From Candidatus Dadabacteria bacterium (GTDB taxonomy: Bacteria > Desulfobacterota_D > UBA1144 > Nemesobacterales > CSP1-2): a stretch of 64,000 nt of DNA. The notes under the pieces are model-generated. The model had not been told where the DNA came from, did no database searches, and saw nothing but the letters and a program-made list of their open reading frames with translations. Positions 28,042 to 39,783 of the stretch are shown one piece after another. Position 1 is the first letter of the stretch; every line of letters starts with the position of its first letter. The stretch spans positions 224,001 to 288,000 of the forward strand of contig CAWDVW010000007.1 of the NCBI GenBank assembly GCA_963805855.1, given 5' to 3'. The position numbers and the translations under genes are program-made.

Positions 28042-28773
28042 ATGCATCTGAGTGTAATCATCCCGGCATTAAATGAACATCAATACATGTCCGATACTAT
28101 ACAGGCGGTGCGGCATAACGCCATTATCGGGGGGCCTCATGAAATCATAGTTGTAGATACCGGCTCGGTGGATGGAACTCCTAAAATTGCTAGGGAGCTC
28201 GGTGTGAAGCTTATTGAAATTAGACCCGAGATAGCTGGTCGGGCCCAAGCTCTGAACACAGGTGCCAGTATTTCAACAGGGGATGTGTATTTGTTTCTCG
28301 ACGCGGATACGATTCTTCCCTTGGGGTATGACGCGGCGATCAAAACCGTTCTGGAGAATCAGGATATAGCTGGTGGCGCATTTGAATTCGCCCTTGATGG
28401 AAAGGGTTTTGGTTTGCGTGTAGTTGAATTGATTAACCGTATTCGCTACAGAATCTCACATCAATTTTACGGGGACCAGGGTATTTTCGTGCGCGCCACC
28501 GTGTTTCGCGGAGTAGGTGGATACCCGAAAAAAGGGATTCTTGAGGCTTCCGATTTCTGCTCCTTATTGAAGAAGGTGGGAAAGTTGGCTCTGATCAGAA
28601 AAAAAATTAAAACTTCTCCCCGCCGATTCCTAGAGGGTGGGGTCTATAGAGTTCTCGCAGGCGATATAAAAATATGGTGGCTCGATCTAATGGGAAAGCC
28701 GGTCGATCAATTCGGTGATATTTACTGGAAGAAGAATATATACAAAGCCAAGAAATGCCCTTCGGAGAAATAA
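28042..28773 (+). CDS. Glycosyltransferase family 2 (TIGR04283-like)
   Basis: SVIIPALNE, GRAQALNTGA, FLDADT, YGDQGIFV, TSPRR. Confidence 0.85.
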   Translation: MHLSVIIPALNEHQYMSDTIQAVRHNAIIGGPHEIIVVDTGSVDGTPKIARELGVKLIEIRPEIAGRAQALNTGASISTGDVYLFLDADTILPLGYDAAIKTVLENQDIAGGAFEFALDGKGFGLRVVELINRIRYRISHQFYGDQGIFVRATVFRGVGGYPKKGILEASDFCSLLKKVGKLALIRKKIKTSPRRFLEGGVYRVLAGDIKIWWLDLMGKPVDQFGDIYWKKNIYKAKKCPSEK

Positions 28774-28793
28774 TCCTCAAACGAAGTAAGTGA

Positions 28794-30110
28794 TCAGCCC
28801 TCTAAAAGCAGGGCTCCGGGGTCTTCTATAAGTCGCTTGATCCTTACCAGGAATAAGACTGCTTCTCGCCCATCCACTATACGGTGATCATAGCTTAGAA
28901 CCACGTACATCATGGGGCGTATCTCTATGTTTTGGTTTATTACCACGGGTCTGTCCTCAATTTTGTGCATACCCAGGATGCCCACCTGCGGAGGGTTGAG
29001 AATAGGTGTGCTCAGCAATGATCCAAAAACGCCCCCGTTTGTTATAGTGAAAGTACCTCCCAGTAAATCCTCGAGTGAAAGTGTTTCATCCTCGGTTTTC
29101 TTAACATATTCAGCAATTTGCTTTTCGATTTCAGCGAAGGACATCTTGTCGGCATCGCGTAAAACCGGTACTACCAATCCCCCTGAAGCTCCAATAGCTA
29201 CCCCAATATCATAGTAATTTTTGAGAACTATTTCATCTTCCTGTATTTCCGCATTCAAAAGTGGAAAGTCTTTCAAAGCTCCTATTGATGCCTTGACAAA
29301 GAATGAAACTATGCCAAGACCGATCCCGTATCGTTCCTTAAATGACTCCTTATGGCGTTTGCGGAGTTTCATTAGAGAGCTCATATCGATCTCGTTAAAC
29401 GTAGAGAGAATCGCCGCTGTCCTCTGGGCTTCCAGCATACGGCGAGCTATGGTCCGTCGGCGACGAGACATTCGGATTCTCTCTTCTTGCCTGGAAGGTT
29501 CTGCCTCGGGTTTGGGAGCGGTTGGCTCTTTCGAGACCTTCTGTTCCCTCTGTTCAATCTCTCGGGGTTTGGGCTCAGACCTCTTCTTCTCAAGGAAGTG
29601 TTCTATATCTTCTTTTGTGATTCTTCCGTTGGGCCCTGAACCTTCAATTAACCTCAGATCGACGTCATTTTCTTCGGCAATCCGTCTTGCCACAGGAGTG
29701 GCTTTAATCTCTGGTATTTCCTGTTCTTCTTTTACTACCCTAAGGGGTTCTCTCTCTTTTTTTTCAGATTCTTTACCCCTAACGTCAATTTTTTTGTCTG
29801 ATTCCTTTGCTGCTTTCTCACTTTTATCCCTTTCCTGGTCAGGCTTTACTTTTTGTTCTCCTTCTTCCTTTCGAGTTTCATCTATTACCCCTAATACGTC
29901 GCCTACCATGACATCGTCTTCTTCGGATTTGTCTATGCGTACGAGAATACCTCCCTTCTCAGCCCCTACCTCGAAATTTGCTTTCTCGGTCTCCAGCTCT
30001 ACAACAGCTTCACCTGGATTCACCGCTTCTCCTTCTTTTTTTAGCCATCTGACGACCGTGGCTTCGACCACTGATTCACCCATTTCGGGTACTACTATGT
30101 TGAACGACAT
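28794..30110 (-). CDS. sucB: 2-oxoglutarate dehydrogenase E2, dihydrolipoamide succinyltransferase
   Basis: Lipoyl domain (ETEKA), E3-binding domain ([12 protein letters not shown]), SYDHRIVDG. Confidence 0.95.
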   Translation of the reverse strand: MSFNIVVPEMGESVVEATVVRWLKKEGEAVNPGEAVVELETEKANFEVGAEKGGILVRIDKSEEDDVMVGDVLGVIDETRKEEGEQKVKPDQERDKSEKAAKESDKKIDVRGKESEKKEREPLRVVKEEQEIPEIKATPVARRIAEENDVDLRLIEGSGPNGRITKEDIEHFLEKKRSEPKPREIEQREQKVSKEPTAPKPEAEPSRQEERIRMSRRRRTIARRMLEAQRTAAILSTFNEIDMSSLMKLRKRHKESFKERYGIGLGIVSFFVKASIGALKDFPLLNAEIQEDEIVLKNYYDIGVAIGASGGLVVPVLRDADKMSFAEIEKQIAEYVKKTEDETLSLEDLLGGTFTITNGGVFGSLLSTPILNPPQVGILGMHKIEDRPVVINQNIEIRPMMYVVLSYDHRIVDGREAVLFLVRIKRLIEDPGALLLEG

Positions 30111-30128
30111 GAGTTTCGATTCTCCGGA

Positions 30129-32924
30129 TTATAAATTTGTCAAGCATAATATGTCATGCATTTCCCTTTCGCATTCTAACTTGAAAGCCTGCTCTATCAG
30201 TGTACCTTGATTTATCTTATGACGGGATATTGAACCTTCCGCAGGACTTGAATAGGGACGTCTCCCGATGAATTGCAGCGGCACATCGTTTACGAGCGTT
30301 TTTAATCCTGGCCGCATATAGTTCCACGCACCCATGTTCATTGGCTCTTCTTGCAGCCAGACGACTTCATCTATTTTATTGTATTTATCTAGAATATGCT
30401 TCAGTTCATCCTTTGGCAGTGGATAATATTGCTCCACCCTTGCCACTGCGACCGAATTGTTCTCATTCCGGAGATCGCTTGTTACGAGATCAACGTATAC
30501 CTTTCCACTGCAAAATATCAGCCGTCTGACTTTATCAACATTTTTTTGAATTGCCGGATCATCAATAACCGGCTGCCAAGAGCCTTCAGAAAGTTCGATC
30601 AAAGAGGATGTTACAGCAGGATTCCTCAATAGGCTCTTAGGGGTCAATATTACGAGGGGCAAGGGATCGATTCGCAGAAGAACAGCCTGACGCCGCAAGA
30701 GGTGAAAGTATTGTGCCGCTGTTGTACAGTTCGCAATACGAATATTAGTATCGGCGGCGGATTCTAGAAACCGCTCTACCCGAGCGCTAGAATGATCTGG
30801 TCCCTGTCCTTCATAAGCGTGCGGTAATAAAAGCACCAAAGATGGGGTTTGTCCCCATTTAGCACGTGAGGTAGTTAGAAATTCATCTATTACAACCTGG
30901 GCTCCATTTATGAAGTCTCCGTACTGCGCTTCCCAAAGAACAAGCCTTTGAGGCTCTTGGATGTTATAGCCGTATTCAAACCCGAGCGCAGCATTTTCCG
31001 ACAGCGGGCTGTTGTGTATTTCAAACGCGGCTTTTGCCTGTGACAACTCCTTTAGCGGAATATACCGGGCACCGGTGTTAATATCGTGGAAAACGGCATG
31101 TCTATGGCTGAAAGTACCCCTCTCACTATCCTGGCCGGTGAGTCTTATCGCTATCCCATCTGACAGTATTGACGCAAAAGCGAGTTGCTCGGCCATCATC
31201 CAGTCAATAGAGGGTTGGGCAGGATCTCCATCTAGAGCCTTGCTCCTTTTTTCCATTGTTCGCTTGAGCTTTGGATGGAGCTTGAAGTTATTGGGCACCT
31301 TAAGTAATTCCCCATAGTAGGTTCTAAGCTTTTCTACGGGAACCGCAGTTTTGATCTTTCTTGCAATACCGGGCGGCGGCGGCTCGGGATGCTTCCTTAT
31401 CGGGACTTCGGTGCCACTCAATGACTCCAGAGCCCTGTGGAGCTGGTCCATACTGTCAGTAACAAGTTCTTCAGGCCATGTCTTATCGATGATGTTTCGT
31501 GCGAACAGCGTATTTGTCCATAATTCTCGAACAGTCGGGTGTTCCTCAATCTCTTTGTACATGGTAGGTTGTGTAAAAGAGGGTTCATCGGCTTCATTAT
31601 GTCCATGACGACGATAGCCGACCAAATCTATCAGGAAGTCCTTTTGAAATCGAATTAGATATGCGAATGCAAGACGAGATGCCTCGATACAAGCCTCTGG
31701 GTCATCTGCGTTTACATGAACGATCGGGATTTCGAATCCCTTTGCTAAATCGCTTGCGAAAAGCGTACTCCGCCCGTCTTCCGGGTTTGTGGTGAAGCCA
31801 AGCTGGTTGTTAGTTATGATGTGAATAGTTCCACCGGTGCGATAACCGGGTAGGCGAGAAAGATTCAAGGTTTCTGCCACTACCCCTTGCCCAAGGAATG
31901 CGGCATCTCCGTGAATCAGTATTGGCAGACTAACTGTGTGGTCAAACTCGGGGGCCCCATGGTTATCGACCTTTGTTCCAGCCGCCCGCGCCATTCCCTC
32001 GACTACCGGGTTTACCGATTCCAGATGGCTGGGGTTGGGTGCAAGGGTTACAACCATTTCAATCAGTTTGCCGCTTTTCAATGCCCTGCTGGCTCCTTCA
32101 TGATATTTTACGTCACCTGTCCAACCCATATCATCTTTGAAGTCGCGCGCAAGCACAGGGTCTCTAAACTTTACGAGGGCTTGTACGTAGGGTTTGTTGA
32201 GAACGTGGGCCATCACGTTCAGCCGTCCCCGATGGGCCATACCCAGAAGGATGTTCCTGATGCCTGCCTCTGCTGCTTCAGCTATCATCTCGTTTAACAT
32301 AGGTACCAGCATATCCACGCCCTCTATTGAGAAGCGAAATTTGCCGGGGAATATACGGTGAAGAAAGCGTTCAAAAACCTCTACCTTAGTAAGCGTCTCG
32401 AGAATTGCCTTTGGATCAATGGGGTCTTTCGGCGGGCGGAAACGACCCGATTCAGCGGTTAGCCTTAACCATTCACGCTCCTCGGGTATGTGAATGTGAT
32501 CGTAATCAAAACCGATTTTGGATGTATATATTTTAAAAAGGGATTCGATTGCATCGTGTGCGCTTTCTGCTTCCTCAGCAACAGGGCCGCCGACAAGGCT
32601 CGGTGGCAACTGAGTAAGCTCCTCCTTTGTCAATCCATGTGCGGAAAACTGCAGTGAAGGATCCCCGGGGGGATCACTACCAAGAGGGTCAATACTTGCA
32701 GCCAGGTGGCCATAAGCGCGGATGTCCTGTGCGAGAATAACGGCACCGGTGATTTTATCAATGTCAGCGGCTCGAGCGGGGGTCTCGCCGTCGATCTCCG
32801 GCTTCCAACGTTCAAACATAGCTCTTGTTCGCGAGTCGACGGAGTCCGGATCCGCGTGATATTTGCTGTATAGGTCTAGTATATAACCTGCATTAGGTCC
32901 ATGGAAGTCCTTCCAGATATTCAT
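30129..32924 (-). CDS. sucA: 2-oxoglutarate dehydrogenase E1
   Basis: GMAHRGRLN, GDVKYH, HGDAAF-x-GQG, WEAQYGDF, EGQGPDHSS. Confidence 0.97.
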   Translation of the reverse strand: MNIWKDFHGPNAGYILDLYSKYHADPDSVDSRTRAMFERWKPEIDGETPARAADIDKITGAVILAQDIRAYGHLAASIDPLGSDPPGDPSLQFSAHGLTKEELTQLPPSLVGGPVAEEAESAHDAIESLFKIYTSKIGFDYDHIHIPEEREWLRLTAESGRFRPPKDPIDPKAILETLTKVEVFERFLHRIFPGKFRFSIEGVDMLVPMLNEMIAEAAEAGIRNILLGMAHRGRLNVMAHVLNKPYVQALVKFRDPVLARDFKDDMGWTGDVKYHEGASRALKSGKLIEMVVTLAPNPSHLESVNPVVEGMARAAGTKVDNHGAPEFDHTVSLPILIHGDAAFLGQGVVAETLNLSRLPGYRTGGTIHIITNNQLGFTTNPEDGRSTLFASDLAKGFEIPIVHVNADDPEACIEASRLAFAYLIRFQKDFLIDLVGYRRHGHNEADEPSFTQPTMYKEIEEHPTVRELWTNTLFARNIIDKTWPEELVTDSMDQLHRALESLSGTEVPIRKHPEPPPPGIARKIKTAVPVEKLRTYYGELLKVPNNFKLHPKLKRTMEKRSKALDGDPAQPSIDWMMAEQLAFASILSDGIAIRLTGQDSERGTFSHRHAVFHDINTGARYIPLKELSQAKAAFEIHNSPLSENAALGFEYGYNIQEPQRLVLWEAQYGDFINGAQVVIDEFLTTSRAKWGQTPSLVLLLPHAYEGQGPDHSSARVERFLESAADTNIRIANCTTAAQYFHLLRRQAVLLRIDPLPLVILTPKSLLRNPAVTSSLIELSEGSWQPVIDDPAIQKNVDKVRRLIFCSGKVYVDLVTSDLRNENNSVAVARVEQYYPLPKDELKHILDKYNKIDEVVWLQEEPMNMGAWNYMRPGLKTLVNDVPLQFIGRRPYSSPAEGSISRHKINQGTLIEQAFKLECEREMHDILCLTNL

Positions 32925-33128
32925 ATATTTGCTTAAGATTCCTTGTCAATGTGTTGTGTCGGTTTGATCTTAAAATAATAGCACAATCATACACAAATTA
33001 AAAATCGATAAGGTGGAATCAAAAAATTCTAAGAGCCTTGATTTAAAGCTATAAATATGACAATGTTAAGTCTTGACATCAATCTTACGAGAATTATTTT
33101 TTACCTAAATTCAATAGCTTAGTAATAT

Positions 33129-34055
33129 ATGATAAGTGTTTCGGGCGTAACCAAATGTTATGGCAATCTGATTGCCATCGATAACATATCCTTCCGGGTG
33201 GAGAAGGGTGAGATCTTAGGTTTTTTGGGGCCAAATGGTGCCGGAAAAACTACTACTATGCGTATGATAACCGGTTATACACCCCCTACGGAAGGCGAGG
33301 TCCGGGTTGGAGGCTTTGACGTTGTTGAAGACCCCATTTCGGCTAAGAAGCAGATAGGGTATTTGCCTGAGAATCCACCACTTTACAATGAAATGACTGT
33401 TCGGGGCTATCTTGACTTCGTGGCAGATTTAAAGGATGTACCTGGCAAAATAAAGCCGGAGAGAATTGGCTTTGTGATGGAGAAATGTGGAATTGCGGAT
33501 GTAGAAAACAGACTTATCGGAAATCTCTCGAAGGGATATAGGCAGAGGATTGGAATTGGACAGGCATTGGTGAATGATCCTCCTGTTCTCATACTCGACG
33601 AACCTACTATCGGTCTCGACCCGAAGCAGATCATCGAAATCAGGGAGCTCATAAAAGGCCTCGCCGGAGACCGGACCATTATACTTAGTACGCACATCCT
33701 ACCGGAAGTAAACATGATATGCACACGGGTTATTATTATTCATAAGGGAAAGATAGCACTCGAGGAGTCGCTTGATAGAATCGCCGGGGACTCGCAGGCG
33801 CCGAAAATTCTGCTACTTAAAATCAATCGTAGCGACGACAATGTGAAGGACAGGATTCGGGTTCTACCCCACGTTTCTGAAGTGAGTGTAATCTCTCACG
33901 GAGAGTTCAGGGTTACGTGTGAAGGGTCGCATGATGTCAGGGATCTAATTGCAAAAACGGTGGTCGAAAATGGCTGGGGGTTGTTAGAGTTGCGCCCGTT
34001 TACTCAATCTCTAGAAGAGATATTTCTCAAAGTGATTTCGGCCGAAGGTGAATAA
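33129..34055 (+). CDS. ABC transporter ATP-binding protein (GldA-like)
   Basis: GPNGAGKTT, LSKGYRQR, LDEPTIGLDP. Confidence 0.9.
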   Translation: MISVSGVTKCYGNLIAIDNISFRVEKGEILGFLGPNGAGKTTTMRMITGYTPPTEGEVRVGGFDVVEDPISAKKQIGYLPENPPLYNEMTVRGYLDFVADLKDVPGKIKPERIGFVMEKCGIADVENRLIGNLSKGYRQRIGIGQALVNDPPVLILDEPTIGLDPKQIIEIRELIKGLAGDRTIILSTHILPEVNMICTRVIIIHKGKIALEESLDRIAGDSQAPKILLLKINRSDDNVKDRIRVLPHVSEVSVISHGEFRVTCEGSHDVRDLIAKTVVENGWGLLELRPFTQSLEEIFLKVISAEGE

Positions 34056-34808
34056 ATGAAGGCACTGTTCACTGTATTCAGGAAGGAGTTGAGATCCTAC
34101 TTTTCTTCTCCGATCGCATTTGTTGTCCTATTTGTATTTCTCGTTATTTCTGGGATTTTCTTTTTTCTGTACCTACAAAGTTTCGCCGAGGCGCAATTTG
34201 ATCCACGGTTACAGTTTGTTGAGGAAGGGGTTAACCTGAACGAAATTGTGATTCGTCCGTTCTTCGGAACAATTAGTGTCGTTTTCCTTCTATTAATCCC
34301 TCTCATGACAATGCGCCTTATCGCGGACGAGAGAAGAAGCTTTACGGCGGAGCTGCTGTTTACGTCGCCCGTCAGGATAACCAGTATCATCATGGGTAAA
34401 TACCTGGCATCCCTGTTGCTATTCGGCATAATGATCATTCTTTCGGCTGTTTACATTCTGGTACTGGTCAAATACGGAAATCCCGATCTAGGGCCTATTC
34501 TTTCTGGCTATCTAGGGCTATTTCTTATGGGGGCTAGCTTTCTGGCCGTCGGGATTTTTGCTTCTGCTCTTACAGAGAATCAGATGATTGCAGCGGTAAT
34601 ATCATTTGGAGTACTTCTTGTGTTTTGGATCATGGGTGCCACTTCAAGTGCTGGGGATTCTGTCTTTGGTTATCTTTCCATCATTAACCATTTTGAAAAC
34701 TTTGCAAAAGGTGTCATCAAACTAACGGATGTAACGTATTATTTGTCATTTACCTTCCTTGGGCTCTACCTGGCTTACATAACGCTAGATTCGGAGAGGT
34801 GGAAATGA
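34056..34808 (+). CDS. ABC-2 type permease (GldF-like)
   Basis: KELRSYFSSP, P-x-x-TMR-x-x-ADE, six TM segments. Confidence 0.9.
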   Translation: MKALFTVFRKELRSYFSSPIAFVVLFVFLVISGIFFFLYLQSFAEAQFDPRLQFVEEGVNLNEIVIRPFFGTISVVFLLLIPLMTMRLIADERRSFTAELLFTSPVRITSIIMGKYLASLLLFGIMIILSAVYILVLVKYGNPDLGPILSGYLGLFLMGASFLAVGIFASALTENQMIAAVISFGVLLVFWIMGATSSAGDSVFGYLSIINHFENFAKGVIKLTDVTYYLSFTFLGLYLAYITLDSERWK

Positions 34809-36169
34809 GAAGAAGGCGCATATTTATCCACGGCACGAATGCCCTCGTATTGACACTATTAATTCTTGGGATCCTGGCGGTAATAAACTATCTTTCCTGG
34901 AAAATCGGATCAAAGTTAGATGTTACCCGAGAGAGGCTCCATTCAGTCTCGGATCAAACAATCAAAGTACTGAATGGTCTTGACAAGGATATCGAGGTAC
35001 TTGCATTTTTTAAAGATGTTGGACTGGACAGACTGGAATTTCAGGAGTTGATGGGTGAATACACTGGGAGGAGCCACAGGATCAAGTTTAGATTCATCGA
35101 TGCCGATAAGGAGCCCGGAGTGGCCAGGAAATACGAAATTGATGATTATGGAACGGTTGTATTATCAAGCGGCGACCGAGAAATCAAGGTAAAGGTATCC
35201 GATCCGATCTCTGGTACTATCAAAAATAATACCGAACAAGAACTCACAAATGCGCTGATAAAGCTATCGAGTGACAAGAAGAAGGGTGTTTATTTCCTTG
35301 TAGGCCACGGAGAGAGGGATATCAATAATAATTCGGACGCGGGAGGTTTGGGGAAGTTGAAGAGAACACTCGAAGAGGAGGGTTATGAGGTCGGAGAATT
35401 GCTACTACTCAGAGAGTCGATAATACCGAGTAAAAACTCAATTTTGATAATTGCCTCTCCGGCTAAACCTTTATCTGAAAAGGAACTCGGCGATATAAAA
35501 AAATATCTGGATGAAGGAGGTAGGGCTGTATTCCTCATAGAACCAAGAATGGGTGGCGATCTAGTTTCACTATTGAAAGACTATGGTATTGAAGTAGAGA
35601 ATGATATAGTAATAGATCCTTCTTCAAAAATGGTTGGCGGTGGGGATGTTGCTCCCATAGTCGCACAATATCCGAATCACGGAATTACTGATAATTTCCG
35701 TCTTGCCACGATCTTTCCGTTCTCGAGAAGCATTAATGTGACTAGCAAAGACAACGTAACAAATAAGCTCATCGCCAATACAAGTCAGTTTAGCTGGTCA
35801 GAACGAAATTTAAGCCTCTTTGATCAGGGGACTGCCCGGCAAGACGATGGAGATAAGCCGGGGCCGCTCGGAGTCGCTGAAGCGAGTGAGATCGGAGAGA
35901 AAAGTAAGGTTGCAGTTTTCGGGAGTGCCGATTTTGTGTCGAACAGATTTTTTGGTTTTTCCGGGAATAGCGATTTATTTCTTAATACAGTGCACTGGAT
36001 CGTAGGTGACGAGAATCTGATTTCAATTCGGCCCAAAGTGGCCGAGGGAGGGAAATTGACCATAACCCAAAATCAATTGACCGTTATTTTTATGGTCACT
36101 GTTGTTCTGTTTCCGGCAATCGTTTTATTTGCGGGGGTTGGGGTTTGGTTGAAAAGGAGAAATATGTAG
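34805..36169 (+). CDS. GldG-like ABC auxiliary protein
   Basis: DVT...HSVSDQT, YFLVGHGE, GNSDLFLNTVHW; ATGA overlap with the upstream stop. Confidence 0.85.
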   Translation: MRRRRIFIHGTNALVLTLLILGILAVINYLSWKIGSKLDVTRERLHSVSDQTIKVLNGLDKDIEVLAFFKDVGLDRLEFQELMGEYTGRSHRIKFRFIDADKEPGVARKYEIDDYGTVVLSSGDREIKVKVSDPISGTIKNNTEQELTNALIKLSSDKKKGVYFLVGHGERDINNNSDAGGLGKLKRTLEEEGYEVGELLLLRESIIPSKNSILIIASPAKPLSEKELGDIKKYLDEGGRAVFLIEPRMGGDLVSLLKDYGIEVENDIVIDPSSKMVGGGDVAPIVAQYPNHGITDNFRLATIFPFSRSINVTSKDNVTNKLIANTSQFSWSERNLSLFDQGTARQDDGDKPGPLGVAEASEIGEKSKVAVFGSADFVSNRFFGFSGNSDLFLNTVHWIVGDENLISIRPKVAEGGKLTITQNQLTVIFMVTVVLFPAIVLFAGVGVWLKRRNM

Positions 36170-36205
36170 CACAAATAACGAATCTATGCCCATTATAAAA
36201 TAGTC

Positions 36206-37546
36206 ATGAATAAAACTCTTAAAACGTTCTCCCCCACGCTCATTGCGGCGCTAATCCTTATCGTCCTTCTCGGCTATCTCTTTCTGTCTGAAATTATGGG
36301 AAACAAGGAAACCGAAACCGAGAAAGCACTATTCCCCGAAATCAACAAACCACAAATAGGCTCTATGACTCTTAGATACGCTAATCATGAAATAACCTTG
36401 ACTGAGGATGCAGGTAAATGGCTTGTAATTAAAGATTCAAAAAGATTTAGTGGCGATAACGATGTTGTTGGGAGCCTTCTTAACGAAATTTCAGAGATGG
36501 AAGTTCAGAAGATTGCCGCCGATAATCCTTCGAGTTTGGATGATTTTGGACTGAATAATCCTCGAGCGGAAGTGATATTCAGGATGCCTCACCATGAATA
36601 TAAGCTTTTAGTAGGTTCAGAGACCCCGGTAGGTTCAGGTACGTATGTTAAGACTGGCGAGGGCGGCAAGGTACTGATTGTTGACAAAAATTCTCTTTTG
36701 CCGTTTCTGGACAGATCAGAAAATGATTTCAGGGATAAGCAAATCCTCGCACTGGACGAGGATAAGATAAATAGCATTACCTTTAGGTCAGATGACTCAT
36801 CATTTGAAGTCGAAAGAGAAGATGGGAGGTGGCTTGGAAAGGATATGCCTGATTATATTCAACTCGATCAAGACAGGATAAGGTTGATTCTAAAAGCATT
36901 TTTGAATTTAAATATAGATAATTTCGAAACAGATAATCCCAAGAATCTATCTGCATACGGCCTGGACAATCCAAGTGCCGAGATTGAAATCTTTGAAGAC
37001 GATAATTCGACTAGAATCTTATTCGGAAATAAGAAGGAGAATGGTGATTATTATATAAAGCTTGATTCAGAAAGCCCGGTTTATTTAGTATCTGAACATG
37101 TATTCTTCCAGATCCCCGAAAAGATGGATGAAATAAGGGTGCGAAAGGTAGTAGTCATAGACCCAATGAGGGTAAGAGGAGTGGAGATAAAAGAGGGTGG
37201 TAAAGATCTATCGGTGAGCAAAATTGGGGATAGGTGGATGGTTATAAACGATGGGAAAGCACAAGTAAACGAGAAAAAAATTAAAGACCTATTGAATGAA
37301 ATTGGTAGCCTAGAGGTTGAAACCTTTGTTGATGATAATCCCCGGGACCTAGCCCCGTATGGTTTGGACAGACCAGAATTACAGATAACGGTTACCGGAC
37401 CGGGTGATGAGATGGTCACGCTACTTTTTGGGAGTAAAGAGGACAAAAAGTTATATACCAAGATTTCGGGTCAGGACTCAATTTATAAAACGAGCGATGT
37501 AATACTCTCTAAGATACATGTCGCTGAGAATGAATTCGGGAAATGA
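36206..37546 (+). CDS. DUF4340 repeat protein
   Basis: N-terminal TM plus three repeats ending L-x-x-F/YGL-x-x-P. Confidence 0.85.
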   Translation: MNKTLKTFSPTLIAALILIVLLGYLFLSEIMGNKETETEKALFPEINKPQIGSMTLRYANHEITLTEDAGKWLVIKDSKRFSGDNDVVGSLLNEISEMEVQKIAADNPSSLDDFGLNNPRAEVIFRMPHHEYKLLVGSETPVGSGTYVKTGEGGKVLIVDKNSLLPFLDRSENDFRDKQILALDEDKINSITFRSDDSSFEVEREDGRWLGKDMPDYIQLDQDRIRLILKAFLNLNIDNFETDNPKNLSAYGLDNPSAEIEIFEDDNSTRILFGNKKENGDYYIKLDSESPVYLVSEHVFFQIPEKMDEIRVRKVVVIDPMRVRGVEIKEGGKDLSVSKIGDRWMVINDGKAQVNEKKIKDLLNEIGSLEVETFVDDNPRDLAPYGLDRPELQITVTGPGDEMVTLLFGSKEDKKLYTKISGQDSIYKTSDVILSKIHVAENEFGK

Positions 37547-37876
37547 ACGGCAATGATCCATGCAATTTCATAATCCTCGCTTTCTATCAATTGAGAAGTT
37601 GCCTGATGTCCAATATAAATGTAAAAAGCAATAGTTTGACTGTGCAAGATTTATCTGCGAAGACAAATTCAGTGGCTTTATTTTAAACATTCGAATCCTC
37701 ATTTGATTCTACCGTTAGTACATTCTCGTATCCATTATTCTCCACAATGATGAACAACGTTTTTCTAATCTTTTTAACAACTAACGACTCTAGCTAGTCG
37801 GGACCTTGTTGATTATGGTTTTCTCTGGAGGGCAGGAGTTTCAGCTGGCTTATTTGTGCACGAGAAATCATTACCC

Positions 37877-39667
37877 CTACATTTTTTTCAGATCCAGCTT
37901 TATCCCCAATTCAATAAGCTGCTTTTCTTCGACTTTAGAAGGGGCTTCGGTTAGCGGGCATCCCCCTTTTTGCGTCTTTGGAAAGGCAATCACCTCCCTT
38001 ATGGAGTCTACTCCGGCTAGTAACATAACCAGTCTATCAAGGCCTAGCGCAATCCCACCGTGGGGTGGCGCTCCGAATTCCAGTGCTTCGAGGAGGAAGC
38101 CGAACTTATTAGTGGCCTCATTTGGTTTGATCCCCAGTTTACTGAAAATGGCTTCCTGCACGTCCTTCCTGTGTATTCTGATACTACCGCCACCGATCTC
38201 GACACCGTTAAGCACAATGTCATAGGCTCTCGATCTTACTGCTCCGGGGTTATCATTGAGTAAAATCAGGTCATCTTCTTTAGGAGACGTGAAGGGGTGA
38301 TGCAACGATATATACCTATTTTCACTCTCGTCAAATTCCAACAATGGAAAATCGGTGACCCACACTAGTTCATAACTATCACCTGGAATAAGGTTGAGAG
38401 ATTTCCCAAAGCTCAGTCTAAGATTCGATAGGACCAGATTCACGATATAAGAACTATCCGCTGCGAAAAATATAATGTCTTTATCTTCGATGCCTAAAGC
38501 ACGTTTCAGTTGATCCTTTTCTGTCTCACTAAGGAATTTAACAATAGGGGATTGCCATTCACCATTATCAACCCTTATCCACGCCAGACCCTTAGCGCCC
38601 AGTGATTTCGCATATTCGGTCTGGTCATCTATTTGTTTTCTTGATAGTACGTTAGCTTTCCCCTTCACGTTTAATGCTTTGATTATCCCACCTTTTTTTA
38701 CCGTATCGCTAAAGACTCTGAAATCCGAATTTTTGAATATCTGCGTTATGTCATTCAACTCTAATCCGAATCTGGTATCTGGCCTATCGTTACCATATTT
38801 CAACATTGCCTCATCAAAACTTATTCTTTGAAAAGGGGTACGAATCTCTTTGTGCTTTACCTCTTTAAAAATGGCCTTCAGCATACCTTCAACCGTTTCT
38901 ATCACGTCATCTTCCCCTACAAATGACATCTCCATATCTATCTGGGTGAATTCAGGCTGTCTGTCTGCGCGCAGGTCTTCGTCGCGGAAGCATTTCGCGA
39001 TCTGATAATACTTATCAAATCCCGAAATCATGAGTGTTTGTTTCAACAACTGTGGTGATTGGGGAAGGGCATAGAACTCGCCCTGATTAAGCCTGCTTGG
39101 AACCAGAAAATCCCTCGCTCCTTCGGGTGTAGATCTTGTGAGCTGAGGTGTTTCGAACTCAATGAACCCGTGAGAATTAAGATAGTTTCTTGTCGTGCTT
39201 ACGACCTTATGCCTGAGCAACAAATTTTCTTTCATTACAGGTCTTCTCAGATCGAGGTACCGGTACTTCATCCTTAATAGTTCATCAACGATTATGTCGT
39301 TTTCGATCAAGAAAGGAAGAACCTTTGACTGATTTAAAATTCGTATCTCCTGTGCTATAACCTCAATCTCGCCGGTTTTAATATTTGGATTTATTGTTTC
39401 GGGCGTTCGATTCGAGACTATACCTTTGACGGCAATTACCCATTCATCCTTGATTGTTTCCGCCTTCTTATGAGAATCAAGGCTTTTTTCGGGGTTGAAC
39501 ACGACTTGGATTAATCCTTCGCGGTCTCTAAGATCAACGAAAATTACCCCACCGTGATCCCTGTGGGATTGGACCCAACCCATTACGATTACTTCGCGAT
39601 TTAGATCCTTCGTGCCAAGATTTCCGCAATGATCCGTCCTCTTCCACTCACCTAAAAGCTCGAGCAT
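37877..39667 (-). CDS. aspS: Aspartate--tRNA ligase
   Basis: [49 protein letters not shown]. Confidence 0.98.
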   Translation of the reverse strand: MLELLGEWKRTDHCGNLGTKDLNREVIVMGWVQSHRDHGGVIFVDLRDREGLIQVVFNPEKSLDSHKKAETIKDEWVIAVKGIVSNRTPETINPNIKTGEIEVIAQEIRILNQSKVLPFLIENDIIVDELLRMKYRYLDLRRPVMKENLLLRHKVVSTTRNYLNSHGFIEFETPQLTRSTPEGARDFLVPSRLNQGEFYALPQSPQLLKQTLMISGFDKYYQIAKCFRDEDLRADRQPEFTQIDMEMSFVGEDDVIETVEGMLKAIFKEVKHKEIRTPFQRISFDEAMLKYGNDRPDTRFGLELNDITQIFKNSDFRVFSDTVKKGGIIKALNVKGKANVLSRKQIDDQTEYAKSLGAKGLAWIRVDNGEWQSPIVKFLSETEKDQLKRALGIEDKDIIFFAADSSYIVNLVLSNLRLSFGKSLNLIPGDSYELVWVTDFPLLEFDESENRYISLHHPFTSPKEDDLILLNDNPGAVRSRAYDIVLNGVEIGGGSIRIHRKDVQEAIFSKLGIKPNEATNKFGFLLEALEFGAPPHGGIALGLDRLVMLLAGVDSIREVIAFPKTQKGGCPLTEAPSKVEEKQLIELGIKLDLKKM

Positions 39668-39783
39668 GCTGAAGAACTCCCTTAGATTTAAGTTTAGAAG
39701 CTAAAAATGTTAACCTTATTAAATAATGTTAGCAAGGTGTGAGATTTCTGTTGTCAGACAACATATGATGGCCCATAGTTTGC

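Noticed and set aside
29221-30210. 329-aa plus-strand ORF
   Set aside because: Antisense shadow of sucB; Ser-rich with no motifs
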